A stretch of DNA of 64,000 nucleotides from a virus (taxonomy: Duplodnaviria; Heunggongvirae; Uroviricota; Caudoviricetes): the IMG/VR virus record IMGVR_UViG_3300042549_004104, positions 199,353 to 263,352 of that record; one strand, written 5' to 3'. Every line of letters begins with the position of its first letter. The stretch's first letter is position 1. Under the pieces are notes generated by a model. It searched no databases. It saw only the letters and a program-made list of their open reading frames with translations, and was not told the DNA's origin. Shown piece after piece: positions 9,362 to 19,627 of this stretch. Position numbers and translations under genes: made by a program.

Positions 9362-10519
9362 ATGGCAACACGCAAACCCAAGGTAACATCAGACCACTTT
9401 ATTAAAGCACTTAACCCAAAAGATGTTGATATGAAGTACATGGGCGAAGAACCCTATTTCCCATTGCAACCTGATAATGACGGTCGTAAACTTGCGTTGA
9501 CTAACAGTTTCACATGGTACAATCGTTTCTATGGCAAAAAAGATGCTAAAGAACTATTGTGCCAATATTTGGATCATCACAATCGTACAGCAGATGCCAA
9601 GTATTTGCGTAAAGTACATGAATCTGAATATATTATGACATTGTGTTGGTTAGCCCGCATGAATTTGCGAGGTCTTGAACTAAATGAACATGAAGAACTT
9701 ACATTACAAAATGAAATTTCCCGACTATTGAAACTGGTTCACAAACCAGAAGTCGTAGTAAAAGAAAAAGAGCCTACTAATCGTCCTAACATTCAGGAAT
9801 TGATGCGTGAAAAAGCAGGAGAAGCCGCAGGTGAACTTGAAGGTTTACTTGACGAGTACATGACTACAGGCAAAACTACACAAAAGACAGTTGATATTGT
9901 TGCAAAATTCAATGTTATGCCTCAACATATCCCTATCATCGTTGAGATTTGGAAGCGTAAACAAGAAGAATTCAATGAGTTGTCAGAGGGCAATGACAAA
10001 GATTTGAACGAGGCTTATGCGTTCTTAGGTAAAGTACAAGTGCGTAATCTTATCAAATTTGTAGACGGTGTTCTAGGTGACTTGAACAGCTACATTTCAA
10101 TTAAGAAAGCAAGCAAAGCACCTCGCAAACGCAAAGCTGTTCCTGTTGAGAAGATTGTTGCTAAACTTAAGTACTTGAAAGAATTCAAGGATCCAGTTAA
10201 CAAACTTGATTTGATTAGTATACATCCAACTAAGTTACATGGTGCAAGTGAGGCGTGGGTCTATGACACTGCAAAACGCAAGATGCATCATTACATTGCT
10301 GACGAGTACAGCAAAGCATTTACCGTTAAAGGTAATACAATCTTAGGCTTTGACAGTAACGCAAGTGAAGTTAAAACATTGCGTAAGCCCGGTGAACAAA
10401 TTAAAGAATTGATGGGTTCAAAGCCTGCGGCACGTAAGTATTTTAAAGAGATTAAAGCAGTATCAACTGCGCCTAATGGCAGGTTCAATGAGAATATGCT
10501 GATATTGAAGGCGTTCTAA
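9362..10519 (+). CDS. Hypothetical protein, basic C-terminus, probably early
   Basis: Start moved to ATG 9362 after SD AGGAG and the sigma70 promoter; 385 aa. Confidence 0.75.
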   Translation: MATRKPKVTSDHFIKALNPKDVDMKYMGEEPYFPLQPDNDGRKLALTNSFTWYNRFYGKKDAKELLCQYLDHHNRTADAKYLRKVHESEYIMTLCWLARMNLRGLELNEHEELTLQNEISRLLKLVHKPEVVVKEKEPTNRPNIQELMREKAGEAAGELEGLLDEYMTTGKTTQKTVDIVAKFNVMPQHIPIIVEIWKRKQEEFNELSEGNDKDLNEAYAFLGKVQVRNLIKFVDGVLGDLNSYISIKKASKAPRKRKAVPVEKIVAKLKYLKEFKDPVNKLDLISIHPTKLHGASEAWVYDTAKRKMHHYIADEYSKAFTVKGNTILGFDSNASEVKTLRKPGEQIKELMGSKPAARKYFKEIKAVSTAPNGRFNENMLILKAF

Positions 10520-10701
10520 TGGATATAGAAAAACGAATGTTAGAGATGATGGAACCAATTGATAAGTCCATTCAATTAACTGATAATGGTGAAGATATGC
10601 TAATGTTAGCATGTGCTATGATGCAACGTGTCAAAGAAATATTTGATAATCAACTAGGAATAGCAGGTAGAAAAGAAATGTTTAAGGACTTATTAAAATG
10701 A
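10519..10701 (+). CDS. Hypothetical protein
   Basis: TAATG coupling upstream and ATGA-type overlap downstream. Confidence 0.65.
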   Translation: MDIEKRMLEMMEPIDKSIQLTDNGEDMLMLACAMMQRVKEIFDNQLGIAGRKEMFKDLLK

Positions 10702-11144
10702 ATGTAGATTTAAAAAAATATAGCGAGTTTGTACAGGCTGTTACAAGCCAACCAAGTAATGACTTGACAACTTTTATGGACACACTAGACCGACTAGATG
10801 CGAACTATGAATTAGATGCAAATGACGGACAAATGAAACATGGACCTGACGTAAATTTGCCGTTATTAATTACCGCATGTCTAGGACTTGCCGCAGAATC
10901 AGGTGAGTTTATTGAGATTCCAAAGAAGATTATCTTTCAAGGTAAAGCACTTACAGAAGATAATTTGTTTCACATGAAACGTGAACTAGGTGATATCATG
11001 TGGTACTGGATTAATGCTTGCAGGGCACTTCGCCTAGATCCAAATGATGTGATTGCTGAGAATGTAGAGAAATTGAAAGCACGTTACCCCGGTGGCGAGT
11101 TTAATGTGTTCAATAGCGAAAATCGCAAAGCAAACGATATCTAA
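10698..11144 (+). CDS. mazG: MazG-like nucleotide pyrophosphohydrolase
   Basis: GLAAESGEFIEIPKK and RELGDIMWY motifs. Confidence 0.85.
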   Translation: MNVDLKKYSEFVQAVTSQPSNDLTTFMDTLDRLDANYELDANDGQMKHGPDVNLPLLITACLGLAAESGEFIEIPKKIIFQGKALTEDNLFHMKRELGDIMWYWINACRALRLDPNDVIAENVEKLKARYPGGEFNVFNSENRKANDI

Positions 11145-11187
11145 TTATGTTCGGTTCTCTAGATAAATACAATATCTGGAGAATTAT

Positions 11188-11949
11188 ATGGCTGGTCGAT
11201 CACTTGACGAATTAAAAGAAGAATTATTTAACAATCTAAAATTGCGTCTAGCAGACGGAATAGTAGATGTTGAACTTGACCCTCAACATTATGAGGCAGC
11301 ATACCAATATGCAATTAAAATCTATCGTCAACGAGCACAAAATTCCACAATAGAAAGTTACACAGTATTCAAGATGGAAAAGAATCAAAATGTGTATACT
11401 TTGCCTAGTGAATTTATTAATGTTAGACAATTATTTCGTAGAACTATTGGTTTAGAAACAGGTCCCGGGGCAACAAGTTTTGACCCATTTTCAAGTGCTA
11501 TTTTAAACACATACTTGCTTAACTATAACTATGCAGGTGGTTTAGCAACATATGATTTTTATGCACAGTATATTGAACTGGCTGCACGTATGTTCGGTGG
11601 ATTCGTCATCTATACATTCAATCCAGTTACAAAAGAATTAAAAATTGTACGTGATCCTAAGGCAACAGGTGAACAAGTTTTGATATGGGCTGATTTACAA
11701 AGACCGGATTCAGAATTACTACAAGATCCGGGTGCCGGCGTTTGGATTGGCGACTGGACACTCAGTGTGTTAAAAGCCACCTTGGGAGAAGCACGTGAAA
11801 AATTTGGAACTATTGTAGGTCCGGGTGGAGGCACCACATTGAATGGAGCACAACTAAAAGCAGAGTCAGTCGCAATGCAAACACAATTACTTGATGAATT
11901 GAAGCGTTATGTGGATTATAGTCAACCGTTAACTTGGGTACAAGGTTAA
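11188..11949 (+). CDS. gp13: Neck protein, T4 gp13-like
   Basis: LKLRLADGIVDVELD...YQYAIKIY N-terminus, EAREKF/GGGTTLNG C-terminus; ATAAATA 11163-11169 plus SD GGAGA. Confidence 0.7.
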   Translation: MAGRSLDELKEELFNNLKLRLADGIVDVELDPQHYEAAYQYAIKIYRQRAQNSTIESYTVFKMEKNQNVYTLPSEFINVRQLFRRTIGLETGPGATSFDPFSSAILNTYLLNYNYAGGLATYDFYAQYIELAARMFGGFVIYTFNPVTKELKIVRDPKATGEQVLIWADLQRPDSELLQDPGAGVWIGDWTLSVLKATLGEAREKFGTIVGPGGGTTLNGAQLKAESVAMQTQLLDELKRYVDYSQPLTWVQG

Positions 11950-12674
11950 TGAGAGCAGGTGAATTTGTTACTGAACTATTCCGTCCCGGTAATCAAAACT
12001 GGAAATGGAACCGTCAATCTCCGGATGAGGCAGTTGCAAATTTTACAGTAGGTAAAAGAAACTATGTATGGCAAGCCTATAATCATCACTTAGATGATAA
12101 ACCAGAAACATGGGAAATACAATTTCGTTTAATCAGAGACTTATTCGATCCTGAAAAATTATCATTATTTGGTACAACAGGTACAGGCAACTCAGCAGAA
12201 GTAATGTCAATTGTAGTAGACATAATGCGTGAATTCTTACAAGACTACGGTGATAATGTACAAAAAATTATATTTGATGCAAAAGAAAACAGTCGTATAG
12301 CATTATACACAAAAATGGTTAAGCGTTTAATACCCAATTGGAAATTAGAACAAGACTATAATCCAGAAATGGGATTAAGATTTATATTATCTAATCCAAA
12401 ACAAATTGATGAAGCATTTAGAGTCAGTTTAGACAAACTAGTTCCTACAAGAGATTCATACGACTGGAATCAAATGGATCCCGATGTAGTTGATATATTT
12501 GCTAAACGAGCAGGAACACCTGAATGGGACGATAAACTAGGTACATTATATGTTAGGCCTAGACCAGACGGAAAATATGATATTATAAATGGGCATCATC
12601 GTTATGCCGGATTAAAGAAAGCCGGAGTAAAACATGCATTGGTTACTCTGAAAAACAACGATGAAGATAATTAA
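11949..12674 (+). CDS. Two-module protein: unknown domain plus ParB/Srx-like domain, capsid-targeting-like N-terminus
   Basis: TAATG coupling to gp13; MRAGEFVTE start; IDE junction; YVRPRPDGKYDIINGHHRYAGLKKAG resembles the ParB core. Confidence 0.6.
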   Translation: MRAGEFVTELFRPGNQNWKWNRQSPDEAVANFTVGKRNYVWQAYNHHLDDKPETWEIQFRLIRDLFDPEKLSLFGTTGTGNSAEVMSIVVDIMREFLQDYGDNVQKIIFDAKENSRIALYTKMVKRLIPNWKLEQDYNPEMGLRFILSNPKQIDEAFRVSLDKLVPTRDSYDWNQMDPDVVDIFAKRAGTPEWDDKLGTLYVRPRPDGKYDIINGHHRYAGLKKAGVKHALVTLKNNDEDN

Positions 12675-12731
12675 CCTAAATGCTAGCACATGTCATCTCT
12701 TAGTAATATAATTACAAATACAGGAGAACAT

Positions 12732-13379
12732 ATGATTATAGGGGTCACGGGATTAATCGGTAGCGGCAAAGACACTATTGCTGACTATCTAGTAACAAAT
12801 CACAAGTTTAAACGTATTAGCTTTGCGGCTAGCTTGAAAGATGCAGTAGCTAATGTGTTCGGTTGGGACCGTGAGTTACTAGAGGGAACAACTAAGAGTA
12901 GCCGTAAATGGCGTGAGCAAGTTGATCCTTGGTGGAGTGAAAGACTTAATCTTCCAGAACTAACTCCACGATGGATACTACAACAATGGGGAACAGAAGT
13001 TTGTAGAGCAGGATTCCACGATGATATCTGGGTCGCTAGTGTAGAAAATAAACTACGCCAATCTAAAGATGATATTGTTATTACCGACTGTAGATTTTAT
13101 AATGAAGTTAATGCTATTAAACATGTAGGTGGTATAACAATACGAGTTACTAGAGGAGCTGAACCTAATTGGTTTGATGCGGCAAAAGCATACAATCTTG
13201 GTCCTAATGGTAATAGTTTATGGTCTATCAGTAAAGCAAAATTAGACAAAGCAAAAATTCATGCTAGTGAGTATTCTAGTGTAGGTTTGAAGTACGATTA
13301 CTATATTGACAATAACGGATCAATTGATGATTTACACAACAAGATTAGTCAACTTCTAAATCCCCCCGTCGCCAAGTAA
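12732..13379 (+). CDS. Deoxynucleoside monophosphate kinase (T4 gp1-like)
   Basis: Start ATG 12732 after SD AGGAGA; P-loop GLIGSGKDT, FAASLK, LQQWGTE and ITDCRF motifs. Confidence 0.85.
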   Translation: MIIGVTGLIGSGKDTIADYLVTNHKFKRISFAASLKDAVANVFGWDRELLEGTTKSSRKWREQVDPWWSERLNLPELTPRWILQQWGTEVCRAGFHDDIWVASVENKLRQSKDDIVITDCRFYNEVNAIKHVGGITIRVTRGAEPNWFDAAKAYNLGPNGNSLWSISKAKLDKAKIHASEYSSVGLKYDYYIDNNGSIDDLHNKISQLLNPPVAK

Positions 13380-13686
13380 CTTCTTTACGTTTTAGAACCT
13401 CAATGCAATTTAAACAAACTGAGCGTAGATTAGTAAACTCGGTATTCTCTAGTTGACCGTCAATATGAAATACTGACAGTTGACTAGGATATAAACTCTT
13501 AAAGCCACATAAATCACATGTGGCTTTTTTCTTGTAGCCAGCTTTTTGCCAACTAGGAACTCTTGGTTTCTTTTTATTCTTTTTCCTACCACACTCATCA
13601 CACATACTGCGATAGTATGTCTTATCATTTCGATGATAGTTGACAGCACATGAATTCTTGTTGCATGTCTTACAAATAGGTCTCAT
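13345..13686 (-). CDS. Degenerate HNH-like zinc-binding protein
   Basis: Four CxxC pairs; FHIDGQLENTEFTNLRSVCLNC resembles the HNH core; CTAAATA box 4 nt upstream (13691-13697, minus strand). Confidence 0.65.
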   Translation of the reverse strand: MRPICKTCNKNSCAVNYHRNDKTYYRSMCDECGRKKNKKKPRVPSWQKAGYKKKATCDLCGFKSLYPSQLSVFHIDGQLENTEFTNLRSVCLNCIEVLKRKEVTWRRGDLEVD

Positions 13687-13746
13687 CAGTTATTTAGTTG
13701 AAAACCTTTAAAGGTACGGTTGTTGACATGTTTTAATCACTTTGTA

Positions 13747-13753
13747 CTAAATA
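13747..13753 (+). promoter_or_regulatory. Late-type promoter box CTAAATA for the tail sheath gene
   Basis: Upstream of SD AAGGA and ATG 13806; followed by a small AGGG/CCCT hairpin. Confidence 0.5.
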
Positions 13754-13805
13754 TATATACGTTAGGGCGTTAACCCTCATAATCATAACATAAAGGAAAA
13801 ATAAC

Positions 13806-16800
13806 ATGGCACTAGTATCACCAGGCGTAGAAGTTACAATCATTGACCAAAGTCAGTATTTACCTGCAGCCTCTAATTCAGTCCCTTTTGTGCTTGTCGC
13901 AACAGCACAAAATAAAGCAAATGCAAGTAATACAGGGGTAGCAGCCGCAACAACGGCAGCAAACGCTAATAAATTATATACTGTCACAAGTCAGCGTGAT
14001 CTTGTAAATTTATTTGGTACACCTTTCTTCTATAAAACAACTAATGGTACATCTATTCAAGGGTACGAACTTAATGAATATGGCTTATTAGCCGCTTATT
14101 CAGCATTAGGTGGCACAACAAATCGTGCTTATGTGTTAAGAGCAGACATAGATTTAGGAAGTCTAGTAGGAACATTAAATCGTCCAGTAGGTGATCCTGT
14201 TGATGGTACATATTGGTTGAACACTACTTCATCTAAATGGGGTATTTACGAATTTAATTCTACTACTGGAAAATTTACAAATAGAGAACCATTAGTTGTT
14301 GTAGATGCAGAATACATTCAAGATGATTATCCAATACAATCATTGGGAACTATTGGAAGTTATGCAGTAATTCCCGGAGTAGCGTTAGATGAAGGTTATT
14401 TAACTACATCAACTTATTTCTATAAAAATTCAATTAATGAATGGACACGTTTAGGTGATACAGATTGGGGTTCAACATTACCGTTTGCAACTGGTACAGT
14501 TTCATTCCCTACATTAACTACTGGTGATAGTTTTAGCATTACTTTTGGTTTAACTTCACGTATTATTGAAATTAGTGCAGGTGATGTTATAAGTGATGTT
14601 GTTAGTCTGATTAACAGCATTGGTGATGCTTATTTAAACGCTACACTTGTTAATGGTGCTTTAAATATAGCTTATGGATTTCCTGGAACAAACGTAAGTA
14701 TAATTTTATCTGAAATTACAGGTACTCCACTGGCGGACATGGGAATAACAGCAAAAGTATATTATGCACCGGATGTAGTTTATGGAACTTCTGCTGAAAT
14801 GCCATTATGGAGTGCAAATCAATTATATCCACATCCAACAGGTTCTGTTTGGATTAAAACTAGTCTGACTGGTAGTGGTATGGATTTACAATTATCAAAG
14901 TATATTTCTTCAATTGACGCATTTACAAGTATTAGTGTTCCAAAATATAATCTTCTTTTCACCGCAGTAAATGATTTGAGCAGTGACGGCGGTTCGTCTA
15001 TACCTGCAGGAACTGTTGTTGCAATATATTCTGCGTCTGATTTAGCTCCATATGGTAAACTTAATTTATATGAAAAAATGTATACTGGACCTGCATTCTC
15101 AATAGGTACAATAGAAAATCCAACAATAACCGGTGGACTTGTTTTAAAAGTTGGTTTATCTGTTGATGACGTTTTATCAGTGTATACATTTACTACTAGT
15201 GGAGGAGATGCACAATCATTTGCAACAGATTGGTTGGGATCAAATATTCCAGATACTACTTGTACAGTAACAAGTAATAATCAAATACAAATCACACACA
15301 CAAAAGGTGGTGTAATTTCTCTTAGTGACTTTACTGATACATATGGACAAAGTAATGGATTGTTAAGTGAAATTGGATTTGAACCCGGCGGCTCAAATGT
15401 ATTGTATGGTGTAGATGACTCGTACACTGCTGAAGGAATCGCACCAACGTCAGATACTTCTGCCGGTGGAGCAAACGCTACATTTACTATAGATGTTTAT
15501 AGTGGATATTATACTTTGTTTGCTATCGATACCGGCGGCACCGGATATGCTGTTAACGACACATTAACTTTTACGGGTAATGTATTAGGTGGAGCAACAC
15601 CTGCAAATAATTTAGTTTTAATTGTTACATCAGTTAATAATTCAACCGGCGCAATAACCGGAGTCTCAGTTAGTTCAGGTGTAGCAAGAATTAATTATGC
15701 ATCTTATGTTGCAAGTTGGTCACAAGTTGATTATATCAGCAATGAAGGTGCTCCGGCTACTACACCTACAACTGGAACTAATTGGTTCTATAGTACAGCT
15801 TCTCAAGCTGATATCATGGTTAATAAGAACGGCGGATGGTATGGTTACAAGAACATAGATTATGATGAAAATGGTCATCCATTACCGAGCGGTACAAATG
15901 CTACTGATCCATTAGGACCAATCATTAGTACAACAGAACCAACAGTACAAACTGATGGATCTGCTTTAGAATATGGTGACTTGTGGCTAGATACTAGTGA
16001 TTTAGAGAATTATCCTAAATTAAGTCGTTGGCAATTAGTTGAAGGTCAAGATACATGGGTATCAATAGACAACACAGATCAAACCAGTGAGGCAGGTATA
16101 TTATTTGCTGATGCACGTTGGGCAAATTTAGGTTCAGTTGATCCTGTGAGTGATCCGTTAACAAGTATCACTACTTTATTAACAAGTAATTACTTAGATT
16201 TAGATGCACCTGATCCAACACTATTCCCGCAAGGCATGTTGTTATTCAACACACGCCGTTCAGGTTATAATGTTAAACAGTTTAGAACAAACTATTTTAC
16301 ATCTGCAAATTATCCAGACCAAACATTACCAACGTACTCATATACATGGGTAAGTGCTAGTGGGTTACAAGCAAATGGTGCGGCTTATATGGGTCGCAAA
16401 GCACAGCGTAATATGGTTGTACAAGCATTGAAGGCAGCAATAGGTACAAATCAAAGTATCCGAGAAGAAGATACATTCTTCAATTTAATTACATGCCCTA
16501 ATTACCCTGAATTACAACCTGATATGGTTACATTAAATAATGACCGCAATAATACTGCGTATATTATCGGTGATACACCATTGCGTTTACCAGATCAAGC
16601 CACTGATATTATTAATTGGGCTAACAACACGGCAAATGCAACAGGAACTGGTGAAGCTGGTTGGGTAACACGTGATACATACTTAGGGGTGTTCTATCCA
16701 AGTGGTATTACAACTGATTTAACTGGATCAGAAGTTGTTGTTCCTGCAAGTCATATGATGTTGCGTACATTATTGAAGAATGATAGTATAGCTTATCCTT

Positions 16801-17333
16801 GGTTAGCACCAGCAGGTACACGTAGAGGTATTATTGACAATGCTACAAACATTGGCTATTTAGATGCCGCTACAGGTGAATTTGTAGTAATTAAAAATAG
16901 AATGAGTATTCGTGATGTATTATATACAAATCAAATTAATCCATTAGCATTCTTTACAGGTGTGGGCTTGTTGAATTATGGTAATAAAAACTCATTTGAT
17001 AGTCAATCAGCACTGGATCGTATTAACGTTGCTCGTTTAGTTTGTTATATTCGTGAACGTTTACAAGTTGCGGCTCGTCCGTTCGTATTCGAACCAAATG
17101 ATTCAGTAACTCGTAATGAAATTGCAGGTGTCGTTCAATCCTTGTTTATTGACTTAGTTTCTAAACGTGGTTTGTATGATTACTTAGTAGTGTGTGATGA
17201 AAGTAACAACACACCAGCTCGTATTGATAGAAATGAACTATGGATTGACGTTGCAATTGAACCAGTTAAGGCTGCTGAATTCATCTATATCCCGGTTCGT
17301 GTATTAAATACCGGTGAAATAGCGGGATTATAA
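13806..17333 (+). CDS. gp18: Contractile tail sheath protein, T4 gp18-like, with large insertions
   Basis: LVSPGVEVTIIDQS N-terminus; PWLAPAGTRRG, NQINP, DRINVARL and FVFEPND C-terminal motifs; 1175 aa. Confidence 0.92.
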   Translation: MALVSPGVEVTIIDQSQYLPAASNSVPFVLVATAQNKANASNTGVAAATTAANANKLYTVTSQRDLVNLFGTPFFYKTTNGTSIQGYELNEYGLLAAYSALGGTTNRAYVLRADIDLGSLVGTLNRPVGDPVDGTYWLNTTSSKWGIYEFNSTTGKFTNREPLVVVDAEYIQDDYPIQSLGTIGSYAVIPGVALDEGYLTTSTYFYKNSINEWTRLGDTDWGSTLPFATGTVSFPTLTTGDSFSITFGLTSRIIEISAGDVISDVVSLINSIGDAYLNATLVNGALNIAYGFPGTNVSIILSEITGTPLADMGITAKVYYAPDVVYGTSAEMPLWSANQLYPHPTGSVWIKTSLTGSGMDLQLSKYISSIDAFTSISVPKYNLLFTAVNDLSSDGGSSIPAGTVVAIYSASDLAPYGKLNLYEKMYTGPAFSIGTIENPTITGGLVLKVGLSVDDVLSVYTFTTSGGDAQSFATDWLGSNIPDTTCTVTSNNQIQITHTKGGVISLSDFTDTYGQSNGLLSEIGFEPGGSNVLYGVDDSYTAEGIAPTSDTSAGGANATFTIDVYSGYYTLFAIDTGGTGYAVNDTLTFTGNVLGGATPANNLVLIVTSVNNSTGAITGVSVSSGVARINYASYVASWSQVDYISNEGAPATTPTTGTNWFYSTASQADIMVNKNGGWYGYKNIDYDENGHPLPSGTNATDPLGPIISTTEPTVQTDGSALEYGDLWLDTSDLENYPKLSRWQLVEGQDTWVSIDNTDQTSEAGILFADARWANLGSVDPVSDPLTSITTLLTSNYLDLDAPDPTLFPQGMLLFNTRRSGYNVKQFRTNYFTSANYPDQTLPTYSYTWVSASGLQANGAAYMGRKAQRNMVVQALKAAIGTNQSIREEDTFFNLITCPNYPELQPDMVTLNNDRNNTAYIIGDTPLRLPDQATDIINWANNTANATGTGEAGWVTRDTYLGVFYPSGITTDLTGSEVVVPASHMMLRTLLKNDSIAYPWLAPAGTRRGIIDNATNIGYLDAATGEFVVIKNRMSIRDVLYTNQINPLAFFTGVGLLNYGNKNSFDSQSALDRINVARLVCYIRERLQVAARPFVFEPNDSVTRNEIAGVVQSLFIDLVSKRGLYDYLVVCDESNNTPARIDRNELWIDVAIEPVKAAEFIYIPVRVLNTGEIAGL

Positions 17334-17340
17334 AAGTATA

Positions 17341-17366
17341 ATTAATGGCCCAAACGGGCCATTAAT
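17341..17366. other. Perfect 11 bp hairpin between sheath and tube genes
   Basis: ATTAATGGCCC-aaac-GGGCCATTAAT with no T tract; late box ATAAATA at 17371-17377. Confidence 0.6.
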
Positions 17367-17395
17367 TAAGATAAATAATATATAGGAGAAATAAC

Positions 17396-18025
17396 ATGGC
17401 AACAGCCTCACAATCACTGTTTAATATGACCGTAGCGGCAGACAATGCAACTAACGCACAGGGTCTATTGATGCCAAAACTACAATATCGTTTCAGAGCA
17501 TTGTTCTTAAACTTTGGTGTCGGTGGTGCAACAACAGAAATGACAAAACAAGTAATGGATATAACTCGCCCATCAGTAAATTTTGATGAAGTTACATTAG
17601 ACGTTTATAACAGTAGAGTATATCTTGCTGGTAAACATGCATGGTCAGAAACTACAGTCAATCTACGTGATGATGCACAGGGAAATATATCAAAATTAGT
17701 TGGTCAACAATTACAGAAACAAATGGACTTTGTTGAACAAGCATCTGCGGCAACTGGTCAAGACTATAAATTTCAAATTAATTATGAAGTGTTAGACGGC
17801 GGCAATGGTATACTTACACCTAACGTTTTAGAAACATGGGAATTATATGGTTGCTTTATCAAATCGGCAAACTATAATAACATGGATTATAAATCAAGTG
17901 ACCCAGTATCTATTCAGTTAACTGTACGTTTTGACAACGCAATTCAATCTCCGTTGACTTCTGGTGTTGGTACAAATGTAGGTCGTGCATTTGGTTCAGG
18001 TGGAGTTACTGGTATTGGCGGTTAA
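17396..18025 (+). CDS. gp19: Tail tube protein, T4 gp19-like
   Basis: Follows the sheath gene; PKLQYRFR, YLAGKHAWSETTV, WELYGCF and LTVRFD motifs; SD AGGAGA. Confidence 0.8.
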   Translation: MATASQSLFNMTVAADNATNAQGLLMPKLQYRFRALFLNFGVGGATTEMTKQVMDITRPSVNFDEVTLDVYNSRVYLAGKHAWSETTVNLRDDAQGNISKLVGQQLQKQMDFVEQASAATGQDYKFQINYEVLDGGNGILTPNVLETWELYGCFIKSANYNNMDYKSSDPVSIQLTVRFDNAIQSPLTSGVGTNVGRAFGSGGVTGIGG

Positions 18026-18032
18026 TTAAAAA

Positions 18033-19235
18033 ATGGGTTTCATACAGAATTTACTACAAGACGCAGTAAAAACAGTTAAAACCGAAGGCACCAATGCAAT
18101 ACAGGCTTTCTTTGGTACAGAATACTTGCGTGATTATACTCACGCAAGTAAAACCTTTAGAACAAATTCATATCAATATTCACCCAAGTTTAAATTTTTA
18201 TTTCATGTTTACTTTGATATAAACAAAGAATATATAAGTGCTGTACAAAGTTTTCCCGAAGATTCTAATTTTGGATTAACAGTAAAAAACATACAACTAC
18301 CCAAATATACGTTTGACACTACAATTATGAATCAGTACAACCGCAAACGTGTTGTACAAACTAAAATTAATTATGATCCTGTAAATATAAGTTTCCATGA
18401 TGATAACGGAAATTTATTACGTAGATTATGGTATACATATTATACATATTATTACAAAGACGCTACACAAAGTGAGCCATTCGGTGAGAATCGTCAAGAT
18501 TCTCATGCTAGAAAATTTGATATGAACCGTCGTAACATATATGATCCTGACATGGGCGGAAATGATGACTGGGGTTACATAGGAGAATCTTCAGGAGATC
18601 AAAAAACACCCATTGCAGCCAGCTTGGGAATAAGCAAAGCACCCTTTTTCAAAGCTATCAACATTTATGGATTTAATCAACACAATTTTGTTTTATACAG
18701 ACTTATTAATCCAATGATTGAAAATTTTAGCCATGACACATACGATTATAGTCAAGGTAATGGTGTAATGGAAAATCAAATGACTTTACAGTATGAAACT
18801 GTAAAATATTATGAAGGCGCTATCGATGGTAGATCACCTGATGCAATTGTTAAAGGATTCGGAAGTGATGCAACATATGACCGTACGTTAAGTCCTATTG
18901 CAAGACCAGGATCGCAAGCTACTATATTAGGACAAGGTGGTTTAGTTGATGCCGCCGGCGGCATACTGGAAGATTTAGAAAGTGGTAATTTTAGAGGTGC
19001 GATACAAAAAGCTGGTGCATCATACAATACATTTAAAAATCCACAAACATTATTGAATGCAGCCAGGTCTGAGATAACAGGTATAGCTAATGATGCTATT
19101 ACTAATAGACCTAATAGTTCTGCTAGATCCTATTTTCCAACATTTGGTTCTAGTTCAACAAATAAAAATACGTCAACAACAAAGAACGGCGCTAATACCG
19201 GTGCAACACAGCCAAAAACTCCGACTTTTTTATAA
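18033..19235 (+). CDS. Tail-tube-fold baseplate/tube initiator protein (gp48/gp54-like)
   Basis: VKNIQLPKYTF...NQYNRKRVVQTKINYDPVNISFHDD tube-like fold; position after gp19. Confidence 0.55.
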   Translation: MGFIQNLLQDAVKTVKTEGTNAIQAFFGTEYLRDYTHASKTFRTNSYQYSPKFKFLFHVYFDINKEYISAVQSFPEDSNFGLTVKNIQLPKYTFDTTIMNQYNRKRVVQTKINYDPVNISFHDDNGNLLRRLWYTYYTYYYKDATQSEPFGENRQDSHARKFDMNRRNIYDPDMGGNDDWGYIGESSGDQKTPIAASLGISKAPFFKAINIYGFNQHNFVLYRLINPMIENFSHDTYDYSQGNGVMENQMTLQYETVKYYEGAIDGRSPDAIVKGFGSDATYDRTLSPIARPGSQATILGQGGLVDAAGGILEDLESGNFRGAIQKAGASYNTFKNPQTLLNAARSEITGIANDAITNRPNSSARSYFPTFGSSSTNKNTSTTKNGANTGATQPKTPTFL

Positions 19236-19264
19236 AAGATTAAATAATTATTTAAGGAATACGT

Positions 19265-19627
19265 ATGGCTAGGATTATTGACTCACCACGAACTAACCTG
19301 GATAAGACTGTAAGAGTATTTGACCAATTCTATAATATAGATTTAGTTATTGACTCTAACCAATGGGATATTGTTTATAGCTATTGGTATGAAAAATCTC
19401 AAAGCACAAATATAGCAGAAAATTTTTCAACTATTATTTTTAGATTATCCTCAGTTACCGGAGACAATGCTTTAGATATATTAGACTATGTTAAAGGTAG
19501 TACTGCTACCGAAACAAATGCGTTACTTGCTTTTTATTTAAATAGTTCTAAAAGTAAAACAACATTGTATGGAGTGACAAATATACCTCAACCAAATATA
19601 CTAATACAACGCAATATTGTTACATAA
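19265..19627 (+). CDS. Hypothetical protein (tail module)
   Basis: 120 aa ORF with SD AAGGAA. Confidence 0.65.
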   Translation: MARIIDSPRTNLDKTVRVFDQFYNIDLVIDSNQWDIVYSYWYEKSQSTNIAENFSTIIFRLSSVTGDNALDILDYVKGSTATETNALLAFYLNSSKSKTTLYGVTNIPQPNILIQRNIVT

